IMG/VR virus record: IMGVR_UViG_3300018422_000003
Coordinates: 6,090-70,089 of that record
Direction: 5' to 3' (one strand)
From: a virus
Length of the DNA stretch: 64,000 nt
Positions 56,160 through 64,000 of this stretch are shown piece by piece (position 1 is the stretch's first letter; each line of letters begins with the position of its first letter). The position numbers were made by a program, and so were the translations under genes. The notes beneath the pieces were generated by a model. It saw only the letters and a list, made by a program, of their open reading frames with translations. It ran no database searches and was not told the origin of the DNA.

Positions 56160-56488
56160 ACAACGAAGACGTCAGGCGCGCAATGATCGCGCATTTCGGC
56201 GCCGCGCGGGCCGCTGAGCTGTTCGCCGCGATGGAGGCCAACCCGCCGGGACATTGGATGCATGAAGCGTCAGGCGTGCTCCGTCCCGTCATCGAGGCCT
56301 ATCTGTACGGCCGCGTCATGAACGACGCGGAAATCAGTATCATGCGGCGTTACTTATATCAGTGGATGACGCGCGGAACTTGGGACGCGCCCGCTGAGCT
56401 GACCGACTCAATCAAGGACATTCGCACGCGCGAGGATTTGGACGGCTGGCTGCACAAGGCCCTCGATCTTGGGATCGATCCGTTATGA
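56156..56488 (+). CDS. Hypothetical protein
   Basis: ATGA coupling. Confidence 0.65.
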   Translation: MNNEDVRRAMIAHFGAARAAELFAAMEANPPGHWMHEASGVLRPVIEAYLYGRVMNDAEISIMRRYLYQWMTRGTWDAPAELTDSIKDIRTREDLDGWLHKALDLGIDPL

Positions 56489-56682
56489 GCGCGGACACGT
56501 TCGCGCGTAATTTGGTAAAGCGGTTTAGGGAGGAAACGGGCCTGCACTCGTGTTTCTTTGGCCATCGGGATGAAGACACAGGCCACTATGTCCGCTGTGA
56601 ATCTTGCGTGCTGAAGGACGCGCAGGAGGACGCGTGGCTGATTGCGGCCGTCACGAAACTCCTCGTCGAGGGGAATCCATGA
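56485..56682 (+). CDS. Small Cys-containing protein
   Basis: ATGA coupling. Confidence 0.55.
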   Translation: MSADTFARNLVKRFREETGLHSCFFGHRDEDTGHYVRCESCVLKDAQEDAWLIAAVTKLLVEGNP

Positions 56683-57206
56683 GCGCCTCGCCCGCGTTTG
56701 TTTGGAGCACTCTCGATTTACACGCCGCGCTGGAGGAGCGCCGCGCGATCCGGAAGGCCTGCCGGTTCTGTCAGCGCCGAAACGCCAAGGCGCTTTGCGA
56801 TTGGCCGGTCGAGAGAGCGCGCCCGGTCAAAGTTGAGGAGCTGCAGAACGGCGATCATGTGCTCAGCGAGCTGGCGCGCAGGCGCTGCCGCGTGATCGCG
56901 CCGCAGGAGTTTGTCCGCACCGACCGCCCGACCGGCTATTGGATGTACTGGCTGGAATTTCCGGGCCGCGGGAAAATCTCGGATCTCGAGTTGAGCAAGG
57001 AAACGCGCACTTGCGTCGGCGAGAACCAGAGCAGCCGGGTTTTCCAGTACCTGAAGCCAAAAGGGTTTGTATTGCAAACGTTCCGGCCTGCTACCTGCGA
57101 CGCGCCGTGCTGTTTCGCCTGCCGCCGGCATGTCGGCCCGGGCCGGGATTATTGCCGCGAGCACTGGTGCTCCTGGGAGACTGCCGGGCCGGGCCTGAGC
57201 TTATGA
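56679..57206 (+). CDS. Zn-finger protein with central insertion
   Basis: CRFC...LCDWP...[insert]...TCDAPCC..C...DYCREH. Confidence 0.65.
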   Translation: MSASPAFVWSTLDLHAALEERRAIRKACRFCQRRNAKALCDWPVERARPVKVEELQNGDHVLSELARRRCRVIAPQEFVRTDRPTGYWMYWLEFPGRGKISDLELSKETRTCVGENQSSRVFQYLKPKGFVLQTFRPATCDAPCCFACRRHVGPGRDYCREHWCSWETAGPGLSL

Positions 57207-57736
57207 AAGTGGACGACGAGTACCTCATGCTGGAGTGGCGCCGCATCCGCCGCAATCATGCGGTGACCCTGAGCCTTTGGTTCACGACTATTGTGCTCGC
57301 GTTCGTGGCGGCCGCCGTGTTAGGCGTGGTGTTTTGGGTCGATCCGGGCTGGGTGGTAGGTCTGTGCTGCTTGTTGGAATATCTATACTTTCTGCCATGC
57401 GCTCGTGAAGTTTCGACAGCGCAAACGGGAGTGGGGCCTATGAGCTACATTCCGGTCCTGCGCAACGGCCGCCTGTACGTGTGCGCCGAGATGTGCAGCA
57501 CGTGTGTATTCCGCCCGGGTAACCTCATGCAGCTTCACAGGGGCCGCGTCGCCGGGATGGTGAGAGGCGCGGTCAAAAACGAGAGCTGCATTCCGTGCCA
57601 CCATCATGCGTACACGGAGACGCCAGCGGTATGCCGGGGCTTCTTTGATTTGCATCCGACGCAGCCGCTTCAGGTGCTGAGCCGCCTCGGGCTGGTGACG
57701 TACGTGGACGCGGAAACGGGGGAGGACATCGCGTGA
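57203..57736 (+). CDS. Two-TM segment in frame with a Cys/His domain (internal start 57440)
   Basis: Hydrophobic N-half; GGAG before MSYIP; CSTCVF...CHHH...CRG. Confidence 0.6.
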   Translation: MKVDDEYLMLEWRRIRRNHAVTLSLWFTTIVLAFVAAAVLGVVFWVDPGWVVGLCCLLEYLYFLPCAREVSTAQTGVGPMSYIPVLRNGRLYVCAEMCSTCVFRPGNLMQLHRGRVAGMVRGAVKNESCIPCHHHAYTETPAVCRGFFDLHPTQPLQVLSRLGLVTYVDAETGEDIA

Positions 57737-58467
57737 TCAGCTCCGGGCTTTGCCTGTACTGCTCAGAGCCGATCGTCGAAGGTGAGCCGCTGGGCGACGT
57801 GAGCAACGGAACAGTGCATCGAGAATGCCTGATCCGCATGACGGCCGGAAGCCTCGGCCATCAGCAGCAAAAGTGCTCGTGCTTCGGAGGGCAGGAGGAA
57901 GATCCGCCGGGCCTGACCGTGCGCGAGGCGGCGCGCGCCGCGGCTGACTATTTCGACCGGACGGCCCAAGAGGATCCGCCGCCTGCGGACCGTTTCGAAC
58001 GCCTCGACTGGATGGAACGGCGGTCAGGCAATAATGAGCGCGCGGGGGATTACTACGACCGTAACGGCCTGCCGCTCTCGCTGGGCGAATGGGCGCGCCG
58101 CATCGAGGACCCAAACTACAAACGGGTCGCGCTAACGAACTTTGGTCCGCTGGCGGTGTCGACGGTATGGCTCGGCATGGATCACAGCTTTGCGCGGTTT
58201 CTGCCGCCGGGGGCGGGTGCGGATCGCCGCCCGATCCTTTTCGAGACGATGGTTTTCTTCCTCGATCCCGTTACAGGCGAGTGGATTTCAGATGACACCA
58301 AGCATGAGTTAGCCGGGGAGCAGCACCGCTGGCACACGCTTGAGGATGCGCTGGCCGGGCATGAAACCGTCGTGCAATACGTGAAGGACAATATCCTGCC
58401 GCCCGAGGCGGTGGAGTCGATCCGCGATCTGCTGACGACGGTTTACAAAGTTGAGGAGGATCAGTGA
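57733..58467 (+). CDS. Hypothetical protein (Zn finger + VSTVWLGMDH domain)
   Basis: GGAGG SD; VSTVWLGxDH...LFETMVF...AGH phage pattern. Confidence 0.7.
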   Translation: MISSGLCLYCSEPIVEGEPLGDVSNGTVHRECLIRMTAGSLGHQQQKCSCFGGQEEDPPGLTVREAARAAADYFDRTAQEDPPPADRFERLDWMERRSGNNERAGDYYDRNGLPLSLGEWARRIEDPNYKRVALTNFGPLAVSTVWLGMDHSFARFLPPGAGADRRPILFETMVFFLDPVTGEWISDDTKHELAGEQHRWHTLEDALAGHETVVQYVKDNILPPEAVESIRDLLTTVYKVEEDQ

Positions 58468-58886
58468 CGCACGAGCAAATCGATAATCTCGTGAAGGATA
58501 TCCGCCGGATGTGCGGGCTGGAGCATGCGCCGCCGACTTCGGTGCTGCGGTCGTTGGTCCGCAACGCCGTCGCGCTCGCCAGGCTAAAACCGGGCGGGCC
58601 GCAGGAGCCGATGATTATCGACATCGCCTCCATCGTGTCAGCAAGAGATAATTCGCCGGTTATTCAAATGAGTTGGGGGGATCAGCAGGGACAGCTCAGC
58701 CCGGGCGAGGCGCGGGATCACGCTGAGCGGTTGCGCCGCGCTGCCGACGCTGCTGAATCAGACGCTTTTCTGTTTCACTTTCTGACGACGGAGACGGGCC
58801 TCGATCCTGATAAAGCCAGCTGGATGCTACACAGCTTTCGTGAGTTTCGGGAGGAGCGCGCGCGGAAGGACTATCTGCCTCGGTGA
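58464..58886 (+). CDS. Hypothetical protein
   Basis: GTGA coupling, GAGGAGG SD. Confidence 0.65.
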   Translation: MTHEQIDNLVKDIRRMCGLEHAPPTSVLRSLVRNAVALARLKPGGPQEPMIIDIASIVSARDNSPVIQMSWGDQQGQLSPGEARDHAERLRRAADAAESDAFLFHFLTTETGLDPDKASWMLHSFREFREERARKDYLPR

Positions 58887-59005
58887 GCGCGGCTTAAAAC
58901 CACGCGGGGGGAACGGGCAGGCCTTCTTCTTCCATCTGCCGGGTTGTTCGTGCAGCCGGCGCGTTTTATGTTCTGCGAAATAAGCGAAATAAGGGGGGAG
59001 AGAAA

Positions 59006-59281
59006 ATGCCGTGGCCGCCGATGGTCGACGTGAGCCGGGAGAACAAAGCGTGCTGTGCGGGTTGGATCGGGCGGTTGTTCGGACACTCGTTTCAGGAGTT
59101 CACCCTAGAAGAAGTTGTTCGGGTAAACCCGTCCGTGATAGCGGCATTGAGGGACAGCGACGAGAGATCGATTCCGATACTTGCTTTGAAGCTTGAAAAC
59201 ATTTCACAGCAGGATCGCGCTGTGAAGTATTCCGTTCGCTGCAAACGGTGCGGTAGCGCGCCGGATGTTGATCCGAAATAA
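59006..59281 (+). CDS. Small protein (LFGH...CKRCG) flanked by direct repeats
   Basis: Strong SD; Zn-ribbon-like motif. Confidence 0.6.
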   Translation: MPWPPMVDVSRENKACCAGWIGRLFGHSFQEFTLEEVVRVNPSVIAALRDSDERSIPILALKLENISQQDRAVKYSVRCKRCGSAPDVDPK

Positions 59282-59420
59282 GGGGGGGAGAGATGCGGGG
59301 AGAGATCCGGGGAGAGATGCCGGGGATGAACGGGCGGAGGAAAGGGGAGGACCGGGTGGGAGGAAAGGGGAAATCTCGGAAGATGCGCTCGAAGGGGAGC
59401 CTACAAAACCTACAAAACCC
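59282..59420. repeat. Purine-skewed G-rich repeats
   Basis: GGGGAGAGATxC x3, GGAGGAAAGGGGA x2, CCTACAAAA x2. Confidence 0.85.
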
Positions 59421-59577
59421 CCGCGAGGTCGGTGGCCACCGCCGGGTGGACGGTTGGGTGGCCACCCACGGGTGTACACCGCCGGATGATCTAAGCTGAA
59501 GGGGAGCTGTTGGGTGGGTGGTCCGACGCGTACGCGCGGGATCCCTGTTCAGCGCGCTCCTTCGCTCGATAAGAATA

Positions 59578-59633
59578 GAAGACGGCCGCCCTCCTTGAAC
59601 TTGTGACCAGGGGGCGGCCGTTTTCGTTTTGTT
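59578..59633 (+). terminator. Intrinsic terminator of second early block
   Basis: ACGGCCGCCC...GGGCGGCCGTTTTCGTTTT. Confidence 0.75.
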
Positions 59634-59796
59634 GGGGGGTGTCCTACCGGGTAGGACACCTCAGATCCCGGATCTTGCGGGTTGTAGCTTATAAGCTACA
59701 CATTGGGCGCAGGACCAGACGCCACGCCACTTCCCTCCCGTCTGGTTATTGGACAGCGGTGGAATCGTGGACCGCTGAAACCTCCGCCTTTGAATT

Positions 59797-60132
59797 CTAG
59801 CGTTCGAGCATGCGGACGTCGCCGAAGATCCCGTAAATGTACTCGTGCTCGTCCCGCGTGAGAGCGGTCTCGATGGGGATCAGAATCACCGAGTGCCGGT
59901 CGCGGCCGCGCAGCTTGTCGAGCGTGTCCACGTACACGTACTCGTCGGCCTCGGGTGTTACGCAGGTGATGCCCAAGCAGCTTGAGCCGAGAGGCAGCGT
60001 TGACTGCATGCGGTAGCGGAAGCGCTGAAAGCCGCCGCCATAGACGAGGAACGTGATGGGCTTACGAGCCGCCACCATCGTGCCGCCGTCCTCGGTGGAT
60101 AACAGCGAAAGCAGCTCACGAATCCGTTTCAT
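59797..60132 (-). CDS. Hypothetical protein
   Basis: AAGGG SD, ATG. Confidence 0.55.
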   Translation of the reverse strand: MKRIRELLSLLSTEDGGTMVAARKPITFLVYGGGFQRFRYRMQSTLPLGSSCLGITCVTPEADEYVYVDTLDKLRGRDRHSVILIPIETALTRDEHEYIYGIFGDVRMLER

Positions 60133-60295
60133 TTTTTGCCCTTCGCCTGAATGATTCTCTCAATCTCCGCTGCCAACTCCCGAAGCGCATCCGGGCCGAC
60201 TTCGATGCATATCCTGGTGAATATCCTGCTGATACACGAAGATGCAAGGCGGCGCGGCATCCGCAGTGCGATCCAATAATAAAATCGGTCCAGGT

Positions 60296-60949
60296 TCATT
60301 TCGCGCTCGGCACAACGGCGACGCCAAAGGTCACGTCGAAGCGGAAAATCATCTTGCGGCTGGCGAGGTCGTAGCGGACGCAGCCGTCCGCAGCGATGTC
60401 GATGAACTTTGCGCTGGCGAGGTAATACGGCGACACCCAGCCAAAGAGGGTACCGTACGGGTCCTCGCCGCGAAAACCGTCGCGCAACTCACGGCCAGGC
60501 GCAAACACGAGAACCCGTTCGCCCGAGCCGATGCTCTTGTTTACAGCCGATTGCATGGCCTCGACAAACGTCGCAATCATAGGCGCCAGGAAGCTGTGCG
60601 ATCGCGCGTCCGGGCTGGCGATGAATAGCTCGACCTCGGACTCACTGAGCGCCGCCGAGGCCGTGCGCGTGCGTAACTGCGCCGCACCCGCATCCTTCTG
60701 GCCTGCCGGCACAAGGACGGTATAGCCGTCGTGGGCGACCTGATCATTAAGCTTCAGGGTTACCGCCATATTGCGGGCCGCCTGACGCAGCGCCTTGGCA
60801 ATGCTGAGCGTTGCCTCGCCAAGCGCGGTATCGAGCGCCGGGCGGTCTATCTTCACATTCAGCGTGCCGGCGGTCAGCGTGTCAGCCTGGATCGGCTTGC
60901 CGCATTCCGGCGACAGCGCGGGCTGGATGAATCCATACTCATAACTCAT
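60296..60949 (-). CDS. Hypothetical protein, possible truncated capsid paralogue
   Basis: C-terminal RYDLASRKMIFRFDVTFGVAVVP resembles capsid C-terminus; abuts/overlaps terS 3' end. Confidence 0.6.
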   Translation of the reverse strand: MSYEYGFIQPALSPECGKPIQADTLTAGTLNVKIDRPALDTALGEATLSIAKALRQAARNMAVTLKLNDQVAHDGYTVLVPAGQKDAGAAQLRTRTASAALSESEVELFIASPDARSHSFLAPMIATFVEAMQSAVNKSIGSGERVLVFAPGRELRDGFRGEDPYGTLFGWVSPYYLASAKFIDIAADGCVRYDLASRKMIFRFDVTFGVAVVPSAK

Positions 60950-61593
60950 TTAGGGGGTTGATAATCCTTTTCTTCGAATTCGTAAACTGCGCCGTTTTCC
61001 ATTTCGGCCTTGTCGTCTTCTTCGTCGCCGCGGATTGCCGCGAGCGCCAAGTCGCTTGCGCTCAGCGCGATCTTGCGGACCGTGTCGAACGTCCACTTGG
61101 CCGGGATCAGCTCAGTAGCGCGGCCGCCTTTCAAGTTGGTCGAGCCGCACCTCGGGCATTCCGGGAATTCGAGGTTCTTGCCGTCGCCCGCCCAATTGCA
61201 GCCGCCGCACACCAGCTCGCCTTTGATCCGCTGCCGGGTGATGGGCGTCTTGAGCATCAGCTCCGCTTTCCCGAGCAGGCTTTCGGCGAGCGCGAACCGC
61301 CGCTCCCGAAGCTTTTCCTCGCGCTCGGCCCAGATCGCAGCCTTTGCCTCGATCAGCCGCCGGCGCTCGGCGCGCTCACGTTCGACGAGGTCGGTATCGT
61401 ATGAGGCCGCTCGGTCGACCCAACGGTGGGCGGCAGACCAACGACCCATGAGCGTTGCACTTTTGCCCAACTTTTGACCAACTCCGGCGAGGGAACGGGC
61501 AGCTCCGAGCAGGCAGTATTCCGTAAAGGCTTCATAGGCGCGGGCGCTCTCCCCGGGCTGTCGATCCCGGGCGTGCTCAGCTCCACCGAGCAC
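60946..61593 (-). CDS. terS: Terminase small subunit-like HTH protein
   Basis: GESARAYEAF..Y...RSLAGVGQKLGKS...RWSAAHRWVDRAASYD; coiled coil; CxxC...CxxC insert; follows MTases. Confidence 0.7.
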   Translation of the reverse strand: MLGGAEHARDRQPGESARAYEAFTEYCLLGAARSLAGVGQKLGKSATLMGRWSAAHRWVDRAASYDTDLVERERAERRRLIEAKAAIWAEREEKLRERRFALAESLLGKAELMLKTPITRQRIKGELVCGGCNWAGDGKNLEFPECPRCGSTNLKGGRATELIPAKWTFDTVRKIALSASDLALAAIRGDEEDDKAEMENGAVYEFEEKDYQPPK

Positions 61594-61766
61594 TTGCCCT
61601 CGGTAGCAAATAAGTTTTCATCAGCGGTCCAACACGCACGCCAAAGCCACGCCTAAACATTTCGCGGGGTTCGCACGATATACCTCGTCCTGGGTTTGCA
61701 GGCGGGGCTTTAGGGGCTTGCGGGCGTATCTCCTTACCCGTCAATCGTTCGCAACGTCAGGCGTGT

Positions 61767-62993
61767 TTAATCCGGCAACTCATCGGGCGTTTCCATGTCC
61801 GAGAACAATTCCAAGGCGGCGCGCAAGCGTAAGGATTGCGAGCGCAGCCACCAACGGAACCACGCCGTTGCCAAGGGCGCGCAATCGGTCCACCCGAGAG
61901 GAACCAATATAAGCAGCTCCACAAATCGCGGGTTCAAGCTCCGGGTGGCGGCTGAGGATATCGCGCCAGGCGTCGAGATCGTCGGGGCCGGGAGCGCAAA
62001 CCGGGAGGCCCATTCGCTCAACGGCCGCGCGTTCGCGGTGAAGGTGCCATCCGATACCTCGCCGCTTTTGTAATCGTTCGCTCGCGGGGTTGGCCACGTC
62101 CCGACCGCCGCCGGGAACAGCATCACGTCGTCTGTCAGGTTGCGGCATCCGGCCTTCGAGCTTCCCCGCCGGGCTCGCGCCGCGTTGCCTTGTCCCACAT
62201 CGTGAGCTTGGGGTGTCGCCCACTGCTTGCGCCAATTCAGTACCTGCTTGGCGAACTCGCCCGCTCCGCCCGCTACCTTGCCCTTCCGATCCACACCGCC
62301 GAAGCCGTGAGGCGTTATCCACGTCGACGCCTGATTGCGTAGCCTCTGGTCGCTCGTTCGTTTGCCGTACGTCGCCATGCCGTGCCGATCCACTTTGTGA
62401 TCGCTGCCCGTTGGCGTATTCCACGTCCGCGCCGCGCCGGTGAGAGAATCCGTTGCTCCCGGATGATTGCCGCAGCTCTCCGCGGACGGCCAGTGCGAAT
62501 AGCCGTTTGCGAATGTGGCCCGCCCCAACTTCCTCCGCGCTGAAGCCGCCGACCTCCACCGCGTAACCAAGTCCGCGTAGCTCAGCCCGGACTTGTTCAA
62601 ATCCGATCCGGAAATGGGCGTCGACGTTTTCGAGGAACACGAGCTGCGGTTCGCACTCGCGGATGATCCGCGCAACTTCCGGCCAGAGGTGACGGGGATC
62701 GGCTGCGCCGAGCTGTTTGCCTGCCTGACTAAATGGAGTGCAGGGATATCCGGCAACGACGCAATGTATTTTGCGGCGCCACGGTCGAGCGTCGAAGGTT
62801 CGTAAATTAGTCCAGATAGGCGCGTCGTCGAGCACACCGTCCGCAATACGCGATGCCAGGATTTCGGCGGCAGTGATTTCGTTTTCCAGGTACAGCTTCG
62901 TGCGAGCGCCGATACCAGCGAGCTGGAGGCCAAGATCGATTCCGCCGTAGCCGGCGCAGAGGGACAGAACTGAGAAGGGAGATGTATCCACAC
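61767..62993 (-). CDS. Alternate-frame subunit of C5 methyltransferase
   Basis: 408 open codons; repeated WxTP modules; LNPRFVELL..P.GWT (motif IX-like). Confidence 0.7.
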   Translation of the reverse strand: MWIHLPSQFCPSAPATAESILASSSLVSALARSCTWKTKSLPPKSWHRVLRTVCSTTRLSGLIYEPSTLDRGAAKYIASLPDIPALHLVRQANSSAQPIPVTSGRKLRGSSASANRSSCSSKTSTPISGSDLNKSGLSYADLVTRWRSAASARRKLGRATFANGYSHWPSAESCGNHPGATDSLTGAARTWNTPTGSDHKVDRHGMATYGKRTSDQRLRNQASTWITPHGFGGVDRKGKVAGGAGEFAKQVLNWRKQWATPQAHDVGQGNAARARRGSSKAGCRNLTDDVMLFPAAVGTWPTPRANDYKSGEVSDGTFTANARPLSEWASRFALPAPTISTPGAISSAATRSLNPRFVELLILVPLGWTDCAPLATAWFRWWLRSQSLRLRAALELFSDMETPDELPD

Positions 62994-63000
62994 GTTTCAA
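61780..63000 (-). CDS. DNA cytosine-C5 methyltransferase
   Basis: Motif I SLCAGYGG, IV GYPCTPFS, VI FLENV, VIII HIRKR, X LGNGVV. Confidence 0.9.
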   Translation of the reverse strand: MKRVDTSPFSVLSLCAGYGGIDLGLQLAGIGARTKLYLENEITAAEILASRIADGVLDDAPIWTNLRTFDARPWRRKIHCVVAGYPCTPFSQAGKQLGAADPRHLWPEVARIIRECEPQLVFLENVDAHFRIGFEQVRAELRGLGYAVEVGGFSAEEVGAGHIRKRLFALAVRGELRQSSGSNGFSHRRGADVEYANGQRSQSGSARHGDVRQTNERPEATQSGVDVDNASRLRRCGSEGQGSGRSGRVRQAGTELAQAVGDTPSSRCGTRQRGASPAGKLEGRMPQPDRRRDAVPGGGRDVANPASERLQKRRGIGWHLHRERAAVERMGLPVCAPGPDDLDAWRDILSRHPELEPAICGAAYIGSSRVDRLRALGNGVVPLVAALAILTLARRLGIVLGHGNAR

Positions 63001-63131
63001 ACCTTTTTTTGTTTCGGGGGAGGAGGAGCTTGCTTGGTATCGAGCCGGAAGCCAATCACGAGCAGGCGGTCGGACACTTCCGCCAGGCGCGCCAGGCTAA
63101 GCCGCTTATCCGGCGAGCGCAATGTCGCCAT
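62997..63131 (-). CDS. Small basic protein
   Basis: Overlaps both flanking MTase genes. Confidence 0.4.
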   Translation of the reverse strand: MATLRSPDKRLSLARLAEVSDRLLVIGFRLDTKQAPPPPKQKKV

Positions 63132-64000
63132 ACGTCCGGCCGTCCCCTTCGAGCGTTGCGTGGAGGCCGGTGAAATTCTGCCACCGTTTGACGATGACGT
63201 CGACGTACTTTGCATCCAGCTCGATGAGCCGGGCGGTGCGGTCCGTCTTCTCGCACGCAATCATCGTTGAGCCCGAGCCGCCGAATAGATCGAGCACGGT
63301 ATCGCCCAGCTTGGTGCTGTTCTCGATCGCGCGAACGATCAGCTTAACGGGCTTCTGCGTCGGGTGAACATACTTGCCGCCGGTGTCCGATTCCGACTTC
63401 TCGTAGCATTCGGCTGCGATTTCAATGATGGTCGTTTGCTTGCGATCGCCTTCCCATACATGCGCCTCGCCTTCTTTCCATCCGTAGAGGATCGGCTCGT
63501 GCATCCAGTGATAATCGGCGCGGCCGAATACGAGCGTCGATTTTTTCCAGATCAGGCAGCTCTGTAGCTTCCAGGGCTGCGCAATATACGCATTGCGGAA
63601 ATGGTGGCCTTCGGTATCGGCGTGGCAGATATAGATCGGCCGCCCGGCTTTTAGGACCATATTTGCGGAGGTGTAAACGTCATCGAGAAACTGCCGGAAT
63701 TGCTCCGGTGTTTTCTTGTCGTTTTTGATTTTCCCGAGCTTTCCCGCGCCGAGACGGTCCGCGCTGAAGCTGCAGGCGCGCTCTTCGGGATCGTAATCGA
63801 CGTTATAGGGCGGATCGGTAAACAGCATGTCCGCCTGACCGCCATTCATCAGGCGCTCGACATCGGTCAGAACGGTCGAATCTCCGCACGTCAAACGGTG
63901 GCGGCCGAGAATCCATACATCGCCGGGCTTGCTGATCGGATCGACGGTCGCCGGCGGTACGGCATCTTCGTCGGTTTGCTCGGCGGGCGGCAGTACCTCA
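63106..64000 (-). CDS. DNA amino-methyltransferase (beta class N6A/N4C), 5' end outside window
   Basis: GRHRLTCGDS, FTDPPYNV, HPTQKP, DLFGGSGST. Confidence 0.92.
   Translation of the reverse strand, partial: EVLPPAEQTDEDAVPPATVDPISKPGDVWILGRHRLTCGDSTVLTDVERLMNGGQADMLFTDPPYNVDYDPEERACSFSADRLGAGKLGKIKNDKKTPEQFRQFLDDVYTSANMVLKAGRPIYICHADTEGHHFRNAYIAQPWKLQSCLIWKKSTLVFGRADYHWMHEPILYGWKEGEAHVWEGDRKQTTIIEIAAECYEKSESDTGGKYVHPTQKPVKLIVRAIENSTKLGDTVLDLFGGSGSTMIACEKTDRTARLIELDAKYVDVIVKRWQNFTGLHATLEGDGRTYGDIALAG

Larger units (their letters stand above)
1..64000. mobile_element. Tailed dsDNA bacteriophage genome segment (siphovirus-like; prophage or phage-plasmid)
   Basis: Terminase, portal, MuF, scaffold, capsid, tail tube, chaperone, tape measure, tail tip, fibres, endolysin and replication genes; no tail sheath; no host core genes. 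Confidence 0.97.

Noticed and set aside
50046-59600. Invertible segment explaining the terS/terL split
   Set aside because: No flanking inverted repeats or invertase found by eye
1-64000. Frequent CGATCG/GCGATCGC (HIP1-like), and tRNA/rRNA genes
   Set aside because: Enrichment cannot be separated from GC and codon bias without counting; no cloverleaf or rRNA motifs seen

Overview
The whole window looks like a GC-rich tailed dsDNA phage (siphovirus-like, P22-type coat with scaffold); no host housekeeping genes are recognisable. In order: a PD-(D/E)XK nuclease, a replication initiator with iterons, a dif-like XerCD site, VRR-NUC and HNH nucleases, and an early operon of small ORFs (8.2-12.6 kb). 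A long minus-strand morphogenesis block follows (fibres, tail tip, tape measure, frameshifted chaperone, tail tube, capsid, scaffold, MuF, portal, endolysin, terminase large subunit). A second plus-strand early block (50-59.6 kb) separates terL from terS, followed by a G-rich palindromic non-coding region, terS and two DNA methyltransferases. No integrase, tRNA, CRISPR array or reverse transcriptase was seen. Strongest leads: (1) three coupled Sec-signal-peptide proteins, two of them Cys-rich, inside the head module; (2) a 1504-aa MuF protein with a kinase-like and an ART-like domain plus a putative immunity gene; (3) a dif-like site, iterons and a probable counter-transcript suggesting XerCD-dependent or plasmid-like maintenance; (4) a miniature capsid paralogue next to terS; (5) a C5 methyltransferase encoded in two fully overlapping frames. 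An Acidobacteriota host is an inference. All calls come from motif reading by eye; no database searches were run.
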